Shown: positions 38,601 to 51,430 of the stretch, piece after piece
Numbering within the stretch: position 1 is the first letter of the stretch
Layout of the letters: every line of letters begins with the position of its first letter
Assembly (NCBI GenBank): GCA_964035545.1
Contig: OZ037768.1
Location: forward strand, 18,521,700 to 18,585,699
DNA: 64,000 bases
Direction of reading: 5' to 3'
Origin: Bugula neritina
Taxonomy: Eukaryota; Animalia; Bryozoa
Made by a program: the position numbers and the translations under genes
The notes under the pieces: generated by a model
What the model was told of the DNA's origin: nothing
Seen by the model: only the letters and a program-made list of their open reading frames with translations
Databases searched by the model: none

Positions 38601-41600
38601 AAAACTGCATCTATTAGTTTGTTTTACTATTAACTGCAGAAGTGCAGCACTGCTTGGGTATACATATTAGGATTTTTCCTACTGCTTAAATGAAAAAAAT
38701 GGATTCACTTGCATTACAAACTATGTACACTTTGCTAAATGATTACAGTCTCATATGAGAATATAAGCTGTTCAAATAAAGCCTCAACATAATCATTTTG
38801 CAAGAATATCATTCTTTGCAGATTGCATAAATTAACATGATGCTACATTTATAGCTTGCATACCATTTCTTGAGAGAGTCGCCGTTCCAACTGAAACAAA
38901 ACTCCAAATTCAAATTTTCTGACAATAGTCAGTACTTTGGCAAAATTTAGCTATAAAGACAAGGTACAGGAAAAAGAAGAAAATTCTACCGACAACTAAA
39001 CCCAATAAAGCAAACAAACCGAAAGTATAAAATAATGAATTTCTATAATAAGTAAATATATATACTTTAATGCACAAGTTGTATAATAACTGCAAGGAGA
39101 AGTTAGACTACTGCATAAGACTAAAATAAAGAGTTGTATTTGCAAAACTACAGATGCAAAGACTTGGAAAACAGATAACATCGATTCACTCACTGCAGAG
39201 TATAACGAAAGCACACACCTTGCGTTATTGTATAGTATAGTAATATAATATAGCATATAGTATAGCATATAATGTAGCATAATATAGTATAGCATATAGT
39301 ATATCATATAGTATATAATATAGCATATAGTATGGCTTATCGTATAGCATATAATATAGCATATAGTACAGCATATAATATAGCATATAGTAGCCTATAG
39401 CATATGCCATATAGTATAGCTTATAGTATAGCATATAATATAGCAGAAAACATATTGAACAAAGTAACTTATTCATCTATCTCCTATACCTACCTCATCA
39501 CGTCCAGCCTGTTAATTCAAATAATAGCGGGATACAATATAGAAAAGCTGATTCAACAGTTAAGGGAAAACAGACATGCAGTATATTGTGTAGTGCTAAT
39601 TCTATATCAGATAATTTAGCTCTCTACTGCCAGTATAAAACCAACGCAAAAAGAAAATTAAAACATAAACATGAGATTAAAAACGCAACTCTAAGTCTAA
39701 TATAAGAATTTTAATGGTCATGGTACTCTTTGTTCAGAAAATTGTGATTTTTTAAAAAAACTTATAACTTCATCAAAAAATTTTCAAATAATTTTAAAAC
39801 ATCAAATCAATTGCAACTAGCTCATCAGTAAAAATAGCTGTTATATTTAAAATATACAGCTAAGTGACTGAATGTCCAAACTTATCCTCTTACAAACTCC
39901 TTATCAGGGTTATGGTAATAACTGAGGTAGGTGCAGTAACGGAGAAATTGAGAAAAGCCTGTGTTCTAGATTAGAAATGTAGCATAAGAAGTTATGTTTT
40001 TTTTCGAGAATTTCAACCTGCGTCCCAAACCAAAATTTAACAAAAACATTAAATAACTTAGGATACCTCAATTTCTCCACTACTGCTCCTAAATGTGTTA
40101 TATTTAAAATATACAACTAAGTGACTAAATTCGAAACTTAACCTCTTACAAATGTCTTATCAGGGTTATATAACTCTGATGGTTACACAACCTACATGAG
40201 TTTACCTTATATACTGTTAAAACACACCTTAAATTTCAAAGCCCTTCGGTAGCCGAAAATCTTCTTGTATACATCCATCATTTGGGGCTCTTGAATTGGC
40301 AGTTTCTTTGGTCTCAACTCAGCTATGCGGTCAAACTCAGCCTCGAGCCACTTTGGCTTCTTTGGATTTTGAGGATAGTACGTATCAAAGTCTATCTTCA
40401 TCATGTAAAACCTGATGGTAGAAGCTTCCAGAATTAGTGGATAGTAACAGAGCATATTACTTAATGTCATTAAAATACAGATCTGTAGCGGAAGCACTTC
40501 ACTTGTTGAATTTATGTGGGAGGTATTTATGTTAGTATAATTTGCTTTACATTAAGAATAGCATAATATATTTTAATACTGAAATTTGAGAACAGAAATT
40601 TACCACGGAAGGTTGCTGTATATTGTAACGGTGAAACTCATCATAAAGTCTCAACTCATAGTCAAACCCCACACCCCTGAAACTAATGATAAATAGTGTA
40701 GTTATACCATTTTAACCTATAACCTGTTTGTTGACTTACACTTAGACCAATGTTATAAGTAGCACCATAATAAATAGCCTCATTAACCTAACAAAGTTAC
40801 GATAGAGTGAAAACACATTTCAATAATCACTGAACTTCCAGTCTATCTATATGTCCATGAGGAAGGTTAATGTAAACCTACTACTAAATGAATGAGACAA
40901 CGCTAAACATCTGAGTCATAAAAAAGAATATAGTAATTAATGGTAATGAAGCTGATCAAACTGACACAAACTGCTCACCTCTTGCCATTGACCTCTACGA
41001 CTGGGATTTCATAAGCTTCCTGAGCAGGCAGATTGGGATCCAACGCTTTGTTGTTCTTTAGCTGTGCCGACTGGATAAACTCATCATAACACTCAGCTAA
41101 CTCAGCATCCATAGGTACTGGGTCAGGGGTATCCAGATCAACCATGATACCTATGGCAACAGTAACCCATAGCAACAGTGGCCCATGGTAACCCATGACA
41201 ACAGTAGTCGATGATAACATTAGCTCAAAGCAACAGTAGTCTATGGTAAAAATAGCTCATAGCAACAGTAGTCCATGGTAACGGTAACCTATAGCAACAG
41301 TAGCTTATAGCAACTGTAGGTAGCAACTGTAGCAACATTAGCCTAGAGTAATTCATGACAACATTAGCCTATAGTAACAGTCACCCATGGCAAGAATAGT
41401 CCATATAGGTTACTACAGAACAAAGCTTTACTGAGACATATGGCAGAAATGGTGTCAAATTTTTCAAAAGCTTAGATATCGGTGCTTCATAATATGCTTT
41501 ACACTAAATGGCAAATAATTATCACCATTTTTATTAGATATTCTTTTAAAAAGCTACATGCTGGCAGTTTCATTAGGATTCGCAAGAACAGTCATATACA

Positions 41601-44600
41601 TATCATATCATAAACACTTAGCCTAGGACCACACTGTGCATATTTTCGCATGCGAATATTTAAACCACAAGTAGCAAAGGTGTCCACTGTATGCGTTGAG
41701 AAAACATTCGCACTTGTCGCTCAGGATTCTGAACTCAAGTGCGAATCGTTTCTGTCGTCGGCACCTAATTGGCTGGTAGTTATTTAGCGAGCCCAAATTT
41801 TTTATTTTAGTGTTACATTCCAGTAAATTGCGTTTTATTGAAAGCAGTGCGATTTAAAAATGAAAACTTCGTTTATCCCACACTTGTAGCCATAGCAACA
41901 AGGCGAGCAGTAAAGTTTAACGCAAATATTATTAGCTAGTAGTTTTCCGATCTCACTGACGCTACAGTGGACACCTTTGCTATTTGTGGTTTCAATTTTT
42001 ACACATGAGAATACGCACAGTGTGGCCCTAGGCTTAACGAAACCCTGAAACTATTAGCAACAAAAATTTATGAAGCAATCATAAGCAAAATAGCAAAGTT
42101 CAGAGTTGTTTTATTCTAAAAAGTAAATGATGAAAAGACTACAATTTCACCAAACCCTAATAATCGATAATCAATCAATCATATTACCGGGTCAAAAACA
42201 TATTTATAATTTATATAAACTGCATATAACGCAGAAATTACCTCCATGCAATGAGAATATTTGGTCTTTATAAGAAAAATTCTTACAAGCATAACCATCA
42301 CCAGTCATCAAGGGAGGTAACTCTCTTTCAGTTTTTACATTTTCACCTGTAAATAAGTGTAAAGCATGATGTCGATTTTCGTATAACCATAAATATCATA
42401 AAAGTGACATAATTTGTTTAAATTTAGATAACCTACATGCACATACATTGTACAAATAAACATTTATGTTATCAAAAAAAATTATTTGAAGCAAACAAAA
42501 TCCTAATCACATAATTTTAACAAGCTCAGCTGATAAATTACAATGAGCAAATTTACATAAGCCGAAGGTTGACCAGTTTTGACCATGCATGTTGCTGCTC
42601 CCTGACATCGCATTGTTTAACATCTCCTGATTTGAAACGGTAGGTAATAGATGTTAATCTATGCTCATAGGTTATAAAGTAAAATATATTGAAGCCACAG
42701 TAAAATTTAACTACAAATGGTTGTAATAACACAGGAAATTATTTCAATAGCTGTGTTTCATGTAAATCAGAAACCCATATTATAACATAAAATCTGGCAT
42801 AGAATTGTGAAATAAAAGGAGCTTCAGATGTGTTTGTAAATACCAGTTGACTTGTTTTACCAGAAATGCATAAAACCCAAACCACCCACATAATGCAACT
42901 CAAAAGACAAATAGTATAAACAAACTAACAACTATCACTATTCGACATCAATTCAAAACTTAGGCAGTGAACTTTCAATTTAGTTTGCAAAGAAAAATAA
43001 ATTGTTCTAAAAATAAATCATATTAATTTAGAAAAGTTGCTAAAGTCAGTAAACAAACATTGATAGCTTTACAAAAATATTATCGTCTGAGGTGATCTGC
43101 ACACGCTATTGTTTTCTTCTAATCGATGTTGAGTGAATAGTCAAAATGCAATTAAAGTTATTCTAAATGTGAATTGATTACTTTTATGATTATGCAAAGA
43201 TTTTCATTCACTTATGAATTATTGACGTAAGCATAAGCAGTAGTCTGCTTTATAGTTGCAGTTGGTGAATATATTATAAACCTGGGTCAGTGAACTAAAT
43301 ACGTATTCATAGTATCTCCAATCTGTTTCACCACTTGCAGCACCTTTTGATATTATAACATATAATATATTTATGCTAATGGGTAGCCTAATTTCAGTTT
43401 TATTGAAAAAATTACACATCAAATTTTCTACACTGGCTGTATTTATTTGCAAAATAAACACTGGAAATGTTTCATCATTTTCTATTTAATTGAATGAAAA
43501 TCTTGTTTGCTAACATTTATACAGGTATCAGTTAGTTCTTCCTCGTATGCAATAGCTAATAAAATAAAAATTGCTTTACTTCAAAAGAAAGAAACAGTTC
43601 AAAGAAAAAGCATTAATCAATTTTCTAATATATTACAGCCTAACTGGTGAGCTTTATATGCAAAATATATTGGATATGCTATATAAATATACGGAAATAA
43701 TGCACGCTAACTCCCCTTTGACTTGTCTTTGTAGATCTTTCAATAAAGTTCATAAAATACAGTTTGCTGCTTAGCTAAATAGTAATACAAGAACATTTGC
43801 CTTGTTAATTATGTCACTAATTTTTCCTATTGCAGCTTTTCCAATGTGATTACAGCTGCAAAGCTTTTGTAAGATTTAGGGATGACCTGACAAAAACCTG
43901 GTGATATTTTCAGATGTTTTATGCTATAGCTGCACTCAGTGCTACTTTCACAGTAGTCATGGTGTTAAAAAGAGACTCTCATGTGTCTGAGATCCACTAT
44001 TAAATCTGTCTAATATTGTCTTTAAACTCAGCATGGCTTGCCTCTGAGAGGCATGACTGCCATAGTTTAGCTTGCTGCAGAATTTTTACATTCCCTCATT
44101 GTTACAGCACTAAGTTATAACTGTAGTTGAAAGAAAACTTTGAAATGGGCACGCCTAACTTCAGTTACCCTAAATTTACATACAATTGTAAACACCTATA
44201 GCTCTTTGTGCTCAAAAATTAAATGACTTTACTCTATCAGTTAGACCAGAGAGTAAATTGATCACCAGGTGTAATTCTACCTTATTATATACAATATGGA
44301 AACTATATACTGTATATAATCTGAATAGCATGTTTACAGAAGTAAAGTGTTTATAAAAACCAGGTAACTGCACCGAACACATTTGCATCGGCATAATATT
44401 TGCTATAGGATATTAAATAAAACAATAGATAAAAGATTAGACTAGCATTTTTAAAGGCATATGAAACTTTGTAAGCTCAGTATATTCGGTTTCAAAACCA
44501 ATACTTTGTTAAAAGCTAAATAAGCTTTGATACAAACTACATGTACATTGCAGTCTAAATCCACACTGTTAGCATATTGTATTTCAATACTTTATAACCC

Positions 44601-47064
44601 ATTTAAACAACATGTATTGCCAATAATCATGTGCTGTGTAGGTTTCAGAAGAACATATATTCATTTTAACGGCATTGTAACTATTTTCAAGTGCTACTCT
44701 CTGCCTGTACTGTGTTGTGGCTTAGTAAGAGCAATATAGTTTATTTTATAGTATGTTATAAAGTTAACTGACAGTAAAACCTGAGCTATTGTACTACTAA
44801 AACAGCCAGCAACACTTGACCAGCTATGTTACAGTGAAATCACTTTACATGATCACTTTGGTAGTAAAGTCTCCTATGTCAAGTGTAGATGAATGTAAAT
44901 GAGTGATGGGGGCAGTAACTTTGACATGGGCAAGTCACTACCCCTTCTAAGCAAGATCTAGATACTGAAAACCGCTCATACCAAGTAGTGGGGTAAATAA
45001 CTTGGATATGAGCAAGTTACTACCCATTCTATGATCATGGGTAGTAACTTGCTACCCATTATTTAGATAATGAAAATTGTCCATACCAAGTAGTGGGGGT
45101 AGTAACTTAGATATATCAGGTATTTTCATCTTCCTTCTCATTGCACAAAGAAATGGAACTAGAAAGGCTGTGAGTTTGATGAGACTGAGCTGATGTCTGA
45201 TGTCATCTCTGTTAGCTAAGTTCTCTTTAATCACATTCTATAAATAGAAATGGCATGTGATGCATCAAATGAATTATATTACATAAAACACCATCAAGAT
45301 TATAGTCCCTGTCCCTGTGAGAAACCCCCGGATGGAAAGGTTTTTTTTAAGTGGGCTAAGGACTTATTCCTATGTGGCACAGGGCAATTATGACCGGATG
45401 CTCTTCCTAACATCACCAATTACCTCTACTGGGGTTCGAGCCCATGACTACCAGTGATATTACAAAAATATATGAATGAGGCAAACTCGAATGTTTTTAA
45501 AAAATGTGATATAGTCTTTGCCACGTCCAGGAGTATTCGGTATGTACATTTACCTGATACACTTATACAAACTGCATAAGTATATAGATACAATATAAAC
45601 ATTACAGGTTCAACAAGCAAACAAATCTAAATTTTTACAATGCACACTGCAAACTTTAAAAAGAATACTCAATGATTTTATGCTTTATTGTACTCAAATT
45701 CGACAATACTTGATGCATTAGATTTTATATGTTTTTATTTACTATTTTTTCAACAGCCAATTGTATCTTGGTCATATTTAGTTATAGACAGATAAAGGCT
45801 ATAAAACCTGATCAACACACCTATTAATTACATAAGAGACACTTGAAGTAATGAGCAACACTTCAATGCACTATCTGTTACATGCTATAATACTTGAAGT
45901 TACTTTGAAGTGGTCGCCAGTGGTACAAGTATTTACATCAAATCCTCAAGACTTTATCAACAAACAACAATTATATTATTTGTATTAAACTGATAGTACC
46001 TACACAAGTATTGGTTATTTATGTAGCCAATCTAATAAAGTTTGATGCATACAACACGATGCAACATTCTTTTAAAATTCGAATAAAACATTTACAGAGA
46101 AAATTATAACATAAACTATGACAGGTGTTGAGCAATTTAAGCAAAATTTTGCTCTAAAATTGAAAATATGAAATTGAAGCTTTTTTAATAGCTACACCCT
46201 ATGACAATGATAGGAGAACATTTGAAGATTGTGTTACAGCCCATAAAAGTTTTATTTTAATTTAATTCTACCTGCACATAATAACGATTAACATTATTTA
46301 CCTGCTGAAGACGAAGTCTAGACTGTAGCCTCTCGTAGCCCATGCTGTCGATCCTTTCATCAGTCAGCTTGACAGCAGACGACACGACCCAGTCACCGTC
46401 AACTAGGAACATGTTCTGGTATTGCTGTGCTGAGTTTAGGAAAACAGTCATTCTCATAGTCATGTCTTCAGCGTGGCCCATGAAAAACCTGCAAATAAAA
46501 ATATGTAGACTATAATTTTTCAATTTTAAATAAAATCTAACCATGCTAAGTTTGAAAGTTGTTCTCTGTTCATCTACATTCAGGTATTTAATTATTGGAA
46601 ACATTGGTAGTTGAGCTTACACCTAAGGAGCAATAAAATATATAATTATTTTTGGGTGCTTAAAAAAATTAAACAGGGAGCAGAATAATGGTACAGTATT
46701 GTGCTAGACCATGGGCTAGCATCCCTAGCCGGGCGGGGGGGGGGGGGGGTTAGCAAAAATATCAGTCAAAGGGAGTTTGAATATCTCAATGAGATGAAGA
46801 CTTCACACCAATTTGAGTTGTTTTAGAAAATTAAAAAAGATGCAAGAAAGTTTCAAAAAAGAAGTTTATGCAGTAAGGATTACCTCTTGTTTTCTAAGAT
46901 TTCTGCATCTCCTGCACTTTCTGTTGGAATTTTACTGTAGACATCTTGATATTCCTTAATCCTTGTAACATCTATCATACCTATATATAAATACATAAAT
47001 ATACATTATATAAACACGCCCGCCCGCACGCACACACACACACACATATATATATATTATATAT

Positions 47065-47125
<61 letters not shown>

Positions 47126-49392
47126 ATGATATGCAGCATATAAATAGCAAATATATTAATAGTGGTTAGCATAAGCAATCATAAAGTGTATAAGAATCAT
47201 ACAGATAGTATATTAAACTAGCTGACATACTGCTTGCACTCAGATATAGCTGATTGCATCATCTTAATAAAATATTGATTAATATTATAATTATCATTCA
47301 TATTGCAATTTTAATTAAAGTAAATTCTTAGCCCTCCATTATTCACTGAGTGATAGGACACCATACCAAGTTTTACAGACTTAATCCTTGAATATTAAAA
47401 TATAGAATGTCTGTGTTAATGTAATCTTCTCACAAGAAGGCAATAGAAATATTGTATAAAACACTTGAATATATTTGACATCTAGGTAAAGAATTTAAAT
47501 TCTCACCAGTTATCAGAAAGCTTTGAGTTGCAGACCTCAAGTGCCAGTGCATAACTTAAATCTCCTTCTAATTACAGATGACAACAAAACCAAATCAGTT
47601 TTATACAGGTTGTTAGTTATTGTTAGTTATTATTCCCTACCTGCCCCATGAAACTCCATGATGTGTGGGGACTTAGACTCGGCTGCACCTGTGTCCATAT
47701 TGACGTCAAGTTTCTTCCTCCACCGATCAGTGAACTTCATTCTCTTCTCTCTCGGGATGTATGAGCCGTGCCACAGTGACTTCATCATGTAGTCAACGTT
47801 TGTTAACAGCTGGCCTATCTAAAGCCACAAATATAAAGTTATTGCATTTAAAAACCCTTATTAAACATAGAAAGAATAACATTCCTTGTTTGCTTAATGG
47901 TAAGAAATTTAGTTATGATTATAAATTAACATGACTACTGTAATAAATATTCAATCGGGCTGTAATTATTAAAACACTCATCAGCTTTAAATCTAAATGT
48001 GGAAGAAATTTTAATATAGTGCAACTCAAAGTTTCGAACACAGCAATGAGAATTTAAGTTACCGATAGCAATTATATATTTGTACATCTATAACAACATA
48101 TGTTGACATTCCAATCCTCGGTAGCATTTAAACAAATCTTGACTAACTTTGGTGTCTATATAGGCTGGTGGAAGCAGCACACTCGTACTGCAATCAAAGT
48201 TAGATTCTAAAGAGATATTTGGAACTTGGTTAAGTAGAAATATTCCAATAGTGAGTTCTCTAATTATCTGGTGAATCACTCTAAAGTCATATTTGTCACA
48301 GCCTTCCTCTTCCGGTATCTAAATACCAACATAAATGTTTTAAATAAACAACTTATAGGTGAAGGAAACTCAGTAAACTTAACAAAATAATATCATTCAA
48401 AGTATATAATCACTATCTTTCCATAGATCAATCTCAGTTTGATCTCCGCCAGAACTGAGTTCAAGCTGAACAAACGGACCAGCTCAGATCGACTGAGATC
48501 GATCTTTGATATCTTTCCATAGATCGAACTGGCCGAGATCGATCTGAGATCAATCCACGGAAAGACAGTGATTATACCAGTATAGTATGATATAATATGC
48601 AATACAACATACTACAAAAATGCTTACTATTGGTACTGTTATTATTTACTTTACATTCTGACATTGACACACCAACAGCACATTACAAAAACAAGGAGAT
48701 AATATTTTTGTTCAAAACAAAGTAACAAATCACCAAAGTATAATTCAGTTCGGACTTACCAATATCCAACAATGACTAGTTTTCAGTGGGGTAAGTTGAC
48801 TAATGAGACCACCAGGTGGCTCTGTGGGTATTTTATAATCATCTACACTCAGCATCCAATGATTCTGCAGATATGACAGACACTCCTGGGTCTCATAACG
48901 GTCTAGACTATTGAACAATGTTGAAGTTGTCAGTTTTATCCTGGCGTCATAGACGGCTGAAATATTAAGTCATTCTTATTATAAAACTACTTTTAAATAA
49001 CGTATTTAAAAGCAATATTTTTTCAAAAAATAACATTTTTATATCAAATAATTTTGCTAAAAATGTTGCTTAAAAATTGACAAAAAAACTAACATAATTG
49101 TATTGCCAGTGTTTACAATGAAACTAATTTCCCAAAAAGAGGTTTTTAAATTGAAAACAGTTAGAAAAGAAATAACTATCACAAGCCTTTCACAAAAAGA
49201 ATTGCATTTTTGTAATATATTCAAACTAAAAACAAGCTATGAGTACAAGAAAATTATACAATCTAGATAAGACATTGTCTTGTACTTAAAAGCAAAATAA
49301 ATCAGTTATTCCTTATACTTTCAAATAAAAGAAAGAAAGAAGTTCATCTTACGTGACATCTGATCATCGCCATTTGCTTCAACCTTGTCCAT
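23608..49392 (-). CDS. ANKAR: Ankyrin and armadillo repeat-containing protein; 29 core exons
   Basis: Exons in transcription order: 49353-49392 (ATG uncertain; frame open to acceptor at 49457), 48760-48956, 48148-48318, 47641-47818, 46884-46980, 46302-46488, 45087-45237, 42242-42346, 40979-41150, 40228-40411, 37676-37828, 35347-35416, 33146-33347, 32637-32845, 31808-31912, 31120-31212, 30810-30979, 30098-30251, 29414-29507, 29014-29161, 28688-28841, 28333-28494, 27895-28001, 27466-27588, 26347-26505, 25456-25573, 24785-25091, 24389-24435, 23608-23741, all phase-consistent. ANKAR-typical segments: HQIIRELTIGIFLLNQVP, LPPAYIDTKIGQLL..DYMMKSLWHG, KTERELPP, ankyrin repeats (TPMLLAASSGALE), ARM repeats (VKEQGACALWAIAG), GLPSQSLEKNGGP. 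Confidence 0.95.
25301..25386 (-). mobile_element. tRNA-derived SINE head fragment
   Basis: Reverse complement GAGCAGCCGTGGTCTAGGGGTTAGAGCG...GGGTTCGAACCCC matches the 7508 SINE head. Confidence 0.85.
25742..25971. mobile_element. MITE with internally repetitive inverted repeats and CCTAAC core
   Basis: AGGTAATAATGGCACAAG..AAAGTAGGTAAA on the left is inverted on the right (TTTACCTACTTT..CTTGTGCCTTTATTACCT), with 15-bp tandem units at the right end and an internal CCCTAACCAAACCCTAA. Confidence 0.7.
28212..28315. repeat. Intronic minisatellite (TACTGACACAT units)
   Basis: Repeated TACTGACACAT(T/G) and GCTGATACATTAG units just downstream of an ANKAR donor site. Confidence 0.8.
30250..30339 (-). 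repeat. 20-bp tandem repeat of a splice-acceptor site (4.5 units)
   Basis: ATCTGCAGAACATAACTGTA units; on the - strand four units contain TTCTGCAG|AT. Confidence 0.9.
30585..30826 (-). repeat. 21-bp tandem repeat of an exon end plus splice donor (~11 units)
   Basis: GTATAGCACTTACCAGAGATA-like units at exact 21-bp period; on the - strand G|GTAAGTGCTATA. Confidence 0.9.
31230..31378. repeat. Degenerate TACACTGTATA-type repeat
   Basis: Repeated TACACTG/CAGTGTATA units in both orientations; explains the overlapping short ORFs here. Confidence 0.7.
31440..31540 (+). mobile_element. Diverged SINE body fragment
   Basis: GCCATTGG...TCCTTAGCCCA...GGGGTTCTCACAGGGA matches the 3' body of the 7508 SINE. 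Confidence 0.55.
34062..34169 (-). CDS. ANKAR: Candidate phase 1-1 cassette exon of ANKAR (NTQKKEESDDSITEASTDQDSDQFNEYSRSVVFRQ)
   Basis: CTCAG acceptor, AAG|GTAATG donor, 108 nt open in the ANKAR frame. Confidence 0.65.
35105..35146 (-). CDS. ANKAR: Candidate phase 1-1 cassette exon of ANKAR (SRNYLLDGDENST)
   Basis: TTAG acceptor, GTAAGT donor, 42 nt open in frame. Confidence 0.55.
35894..37654. mobile_element. Non-autonomous hAT-type DNA transposon (1761 bp)
   Basis: Perfect 14-bp TIRs CAGGGATGTAGTGG / CCACTACATCCCTG and perfect 8-bp TSD CATACTAC (35886-35893, 37655-37662). Sub-terminal TATGGCCTAGAA repeats and a GC-rich block at 37545-37615. No transposase ORF. Confidence 0.93.
39225..39445. 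repeat. AGCATATAGTAT 12-bp minisatellite
   Basis: Tandem AGCATATA(G/A)TAT units; explains Y/M/L-rich spurious ORFs. Confidence 0.85.
39914..40095. mobile_element. Copy of the 2181-2370 repeat family, flanked by a ~75-bp direct duplication
   Basis: AGGTGCAGTAA...TACTGCTCCTAAATG; the flanks 39839-39913 and 40096-40169 are direct repeats. Confidence 0.8.
41151..41395. repeat. ~16-bp minisatellite composed of RFX X-box-like motifs
   Basis: GTAACCCATAGCAAC (41162), GTGGCCCATGGTAAC (41178) and GTAACCTATAGCAAC (41284) fit GTNRCC-N0-3-RGYAAC, with many near matches between them. Confidence 0.8.
41621..42033. mobile_element. PIF/Harbinger-type (Tourist-like) MITE
   Basis: ~75-bp imperfect TIRs (GCCTAGG.CCACACTGTGC...AAACCACAA.TAGCAAAGGTGTCCACTGTA) and TTA TSD at 41618-41620 and 42034-42036. 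Confidence 0.88.
45296..45449 (-). mobile_element. 5'-truncated tRNA-SINE copy
   Basis: Reverse complement matches the 7508 SINE from the B-box through TAAGTCCTTAGCCCACTT and GGGTTTCTCACAGGGA. Confidence 0.85.
47030..47124. repeat. (CA)n/(TA)n microsatellite
   Basis: Direct dinucleotide run. Confidence 0.95.
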
Positions 49393-51229
49393 AGTGACAG
49401 TGACTGGCCTTTCTTCACTCAAAACTGCATGTATAAGTGCACGCCAATTCCTTCCATCTAAAGTATAATACAGTAGCTATAGCACTCACTTATATAGCAA
49501 ATATAATACTAATCATTTGTCTAAGTGCTTCTTTCCAAAGTTATAGTTGAAAACGTCAATAATTTTTGTCAAATGCTGATAATCAACACTGAAAGCATGC
49601 TGAAATTTAAAAAACCAAATAGTTATTTTGACTTTAAAAAAAATAAAAGCAAAGTTAAATGTTCAGCACTAAAATTAAAATAATTATGTTATTTTTTGTA
49701 AAAATATTACATTTAATACGTATTAGTCAGATTATTTTATAAATACCTAGACTTTAAAATTTGCTTTCTATCTAGATTAAAAAGAATAATAATTTTTTAA
49801 GTACAACAATTAAGCTACTAGTTTTATTTGACAGTTATGGTCTTTGTAAATTTTTGACAAGCGATTGCAAAATAATTTTTACCTCTAAAGTTATTTCAAA
49901 TGTATATATTTACATAAACATTTTGTTATGTATATTACATATACATTGTACAACTAAAAGTTTTAAAATGCAAGCTGCGACAAAAAGTACATTGATATAT
50001 TTATATTAAATAAGGTTGATCATAAACTTTTACATTCTATCTAATAGTAAACATAACAACAGCTGAAACACACAAAAAATATTTTTAGTAACTGCATTAC
50101 AAATGTCATGCAAATATAAATCACTACAAATTATTTAAAATATAATTTTATTGTGCATTACAAATCTGCAAACATGTATATTCGTATTTAAAAACAACTC
50201 AATCTCAAATGATAAACTAGCAATTTAAATGTAACTTCAAAAAAAAATAATAGAGAATTAGATAATCATCTCTACTTCAAACTTAAATGGTTATAAATAC
50301 TTGAATAGTGAACAATTGCTGAAATTAAAAACCGTGAATGAGTGAGTCATTACTGATCACCACAGTAAATTAACCATCATAGTTATGATACATTGATAAT
50401 TATGATGATTGTTGATGCCCAAGAAATTAATCGTACTACTAATATTGATATATAAAAGGGAAAAGCAAATGTATTTATATAAACATTATAGATACATTGC
50501 ACAGATTTACAGTGGACACTGCTATCCGTCAATTTACAGTATGAGTACTGAGTATGCCACTGACAGTGATAGTTTTTTTAAATGTATAATTAGTACTTTT
50601 ATATAATGAATAGCCAACACTCTACAGGTGCACAAGTGGTAATTGCAAAATAAAATGATAAGTTTAGTTATTCTTATATACCATACTGATAAATAACTAA
50701 AGTCTAAAAATGATACTTATACTTAATCTTATAACTATAGACTTAAAACTACAACATGTTGGAACTGGTCATAGTCATAGTGATGCTGTAGTAGACCTAA
50801 CTATAGCTTGCAAAGATTACATTTACTGTCATTACTTGTTATTATATCTGTTTTACTTTTTGTAATTGATTTACAGCAACAATAAAAAAATAATAATACT
50901 AACAATAATAATAGCAATAGTACAATTATTATAATAATAAACATTATTACTATTAGACAAAATATGTCTACGGCCATGTCACGTTGAAAAAACTAATCCT
51001 CGTCCGATCACTGAAACATAATTCTTATTCTAAATTATCACGCATTACGATTATCATTATTTATCATAATCATAATGATAATGATTATAATAATAATAAT
51101 AATAATAATCATGTAGAATCTATATTTTATAAAAAAAAATACATAGTCATATAACCAATATATTAAATGTTGCCTTATTCTATGATAAAATAGTGTAAAT
51201 AGTAAATACAAAAACGTTTTCCAAATGTT

Positions 51230-51430
51230 ATCGATTTTCGCGTTCGAGCACTTTAAACCACTGACAGTGCTCTGGTTGCCATAACGCTTATTAAATGAGC
51301 CTCGATATGGAAAAAATTAAGAACTGTAAATATTGTCGTCGCTGTTGCAGCAGGTCGTTATTTTCAATCACAGGAATAAAATTATTTTCGATAACATTAC
51401 CGACCTTTTTAATTAATCAGCGTCTGTATA
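51230..51430 (-). promoter_or_regulatory. Possible ANKAR promoter region
   Basis: Local CpG enrichment in otherwise CpG-poor DNA and a GTTGCC X-box half site at 51275, upstream of the first recognisable ANKAR exon. Inference only. Confidence 0.3.

Noticed and set aside
46735-46749. Poly-G run as a G-quadruplex element
   Set aside because: Isolated homopolymer with no supporting context.
47507-47567. 61-nt exon-like segment in an ANKAR intron
   Set aside because: It would shift the frame, and the flanking exons join directly with homology. There is no evidence for a poison exon.
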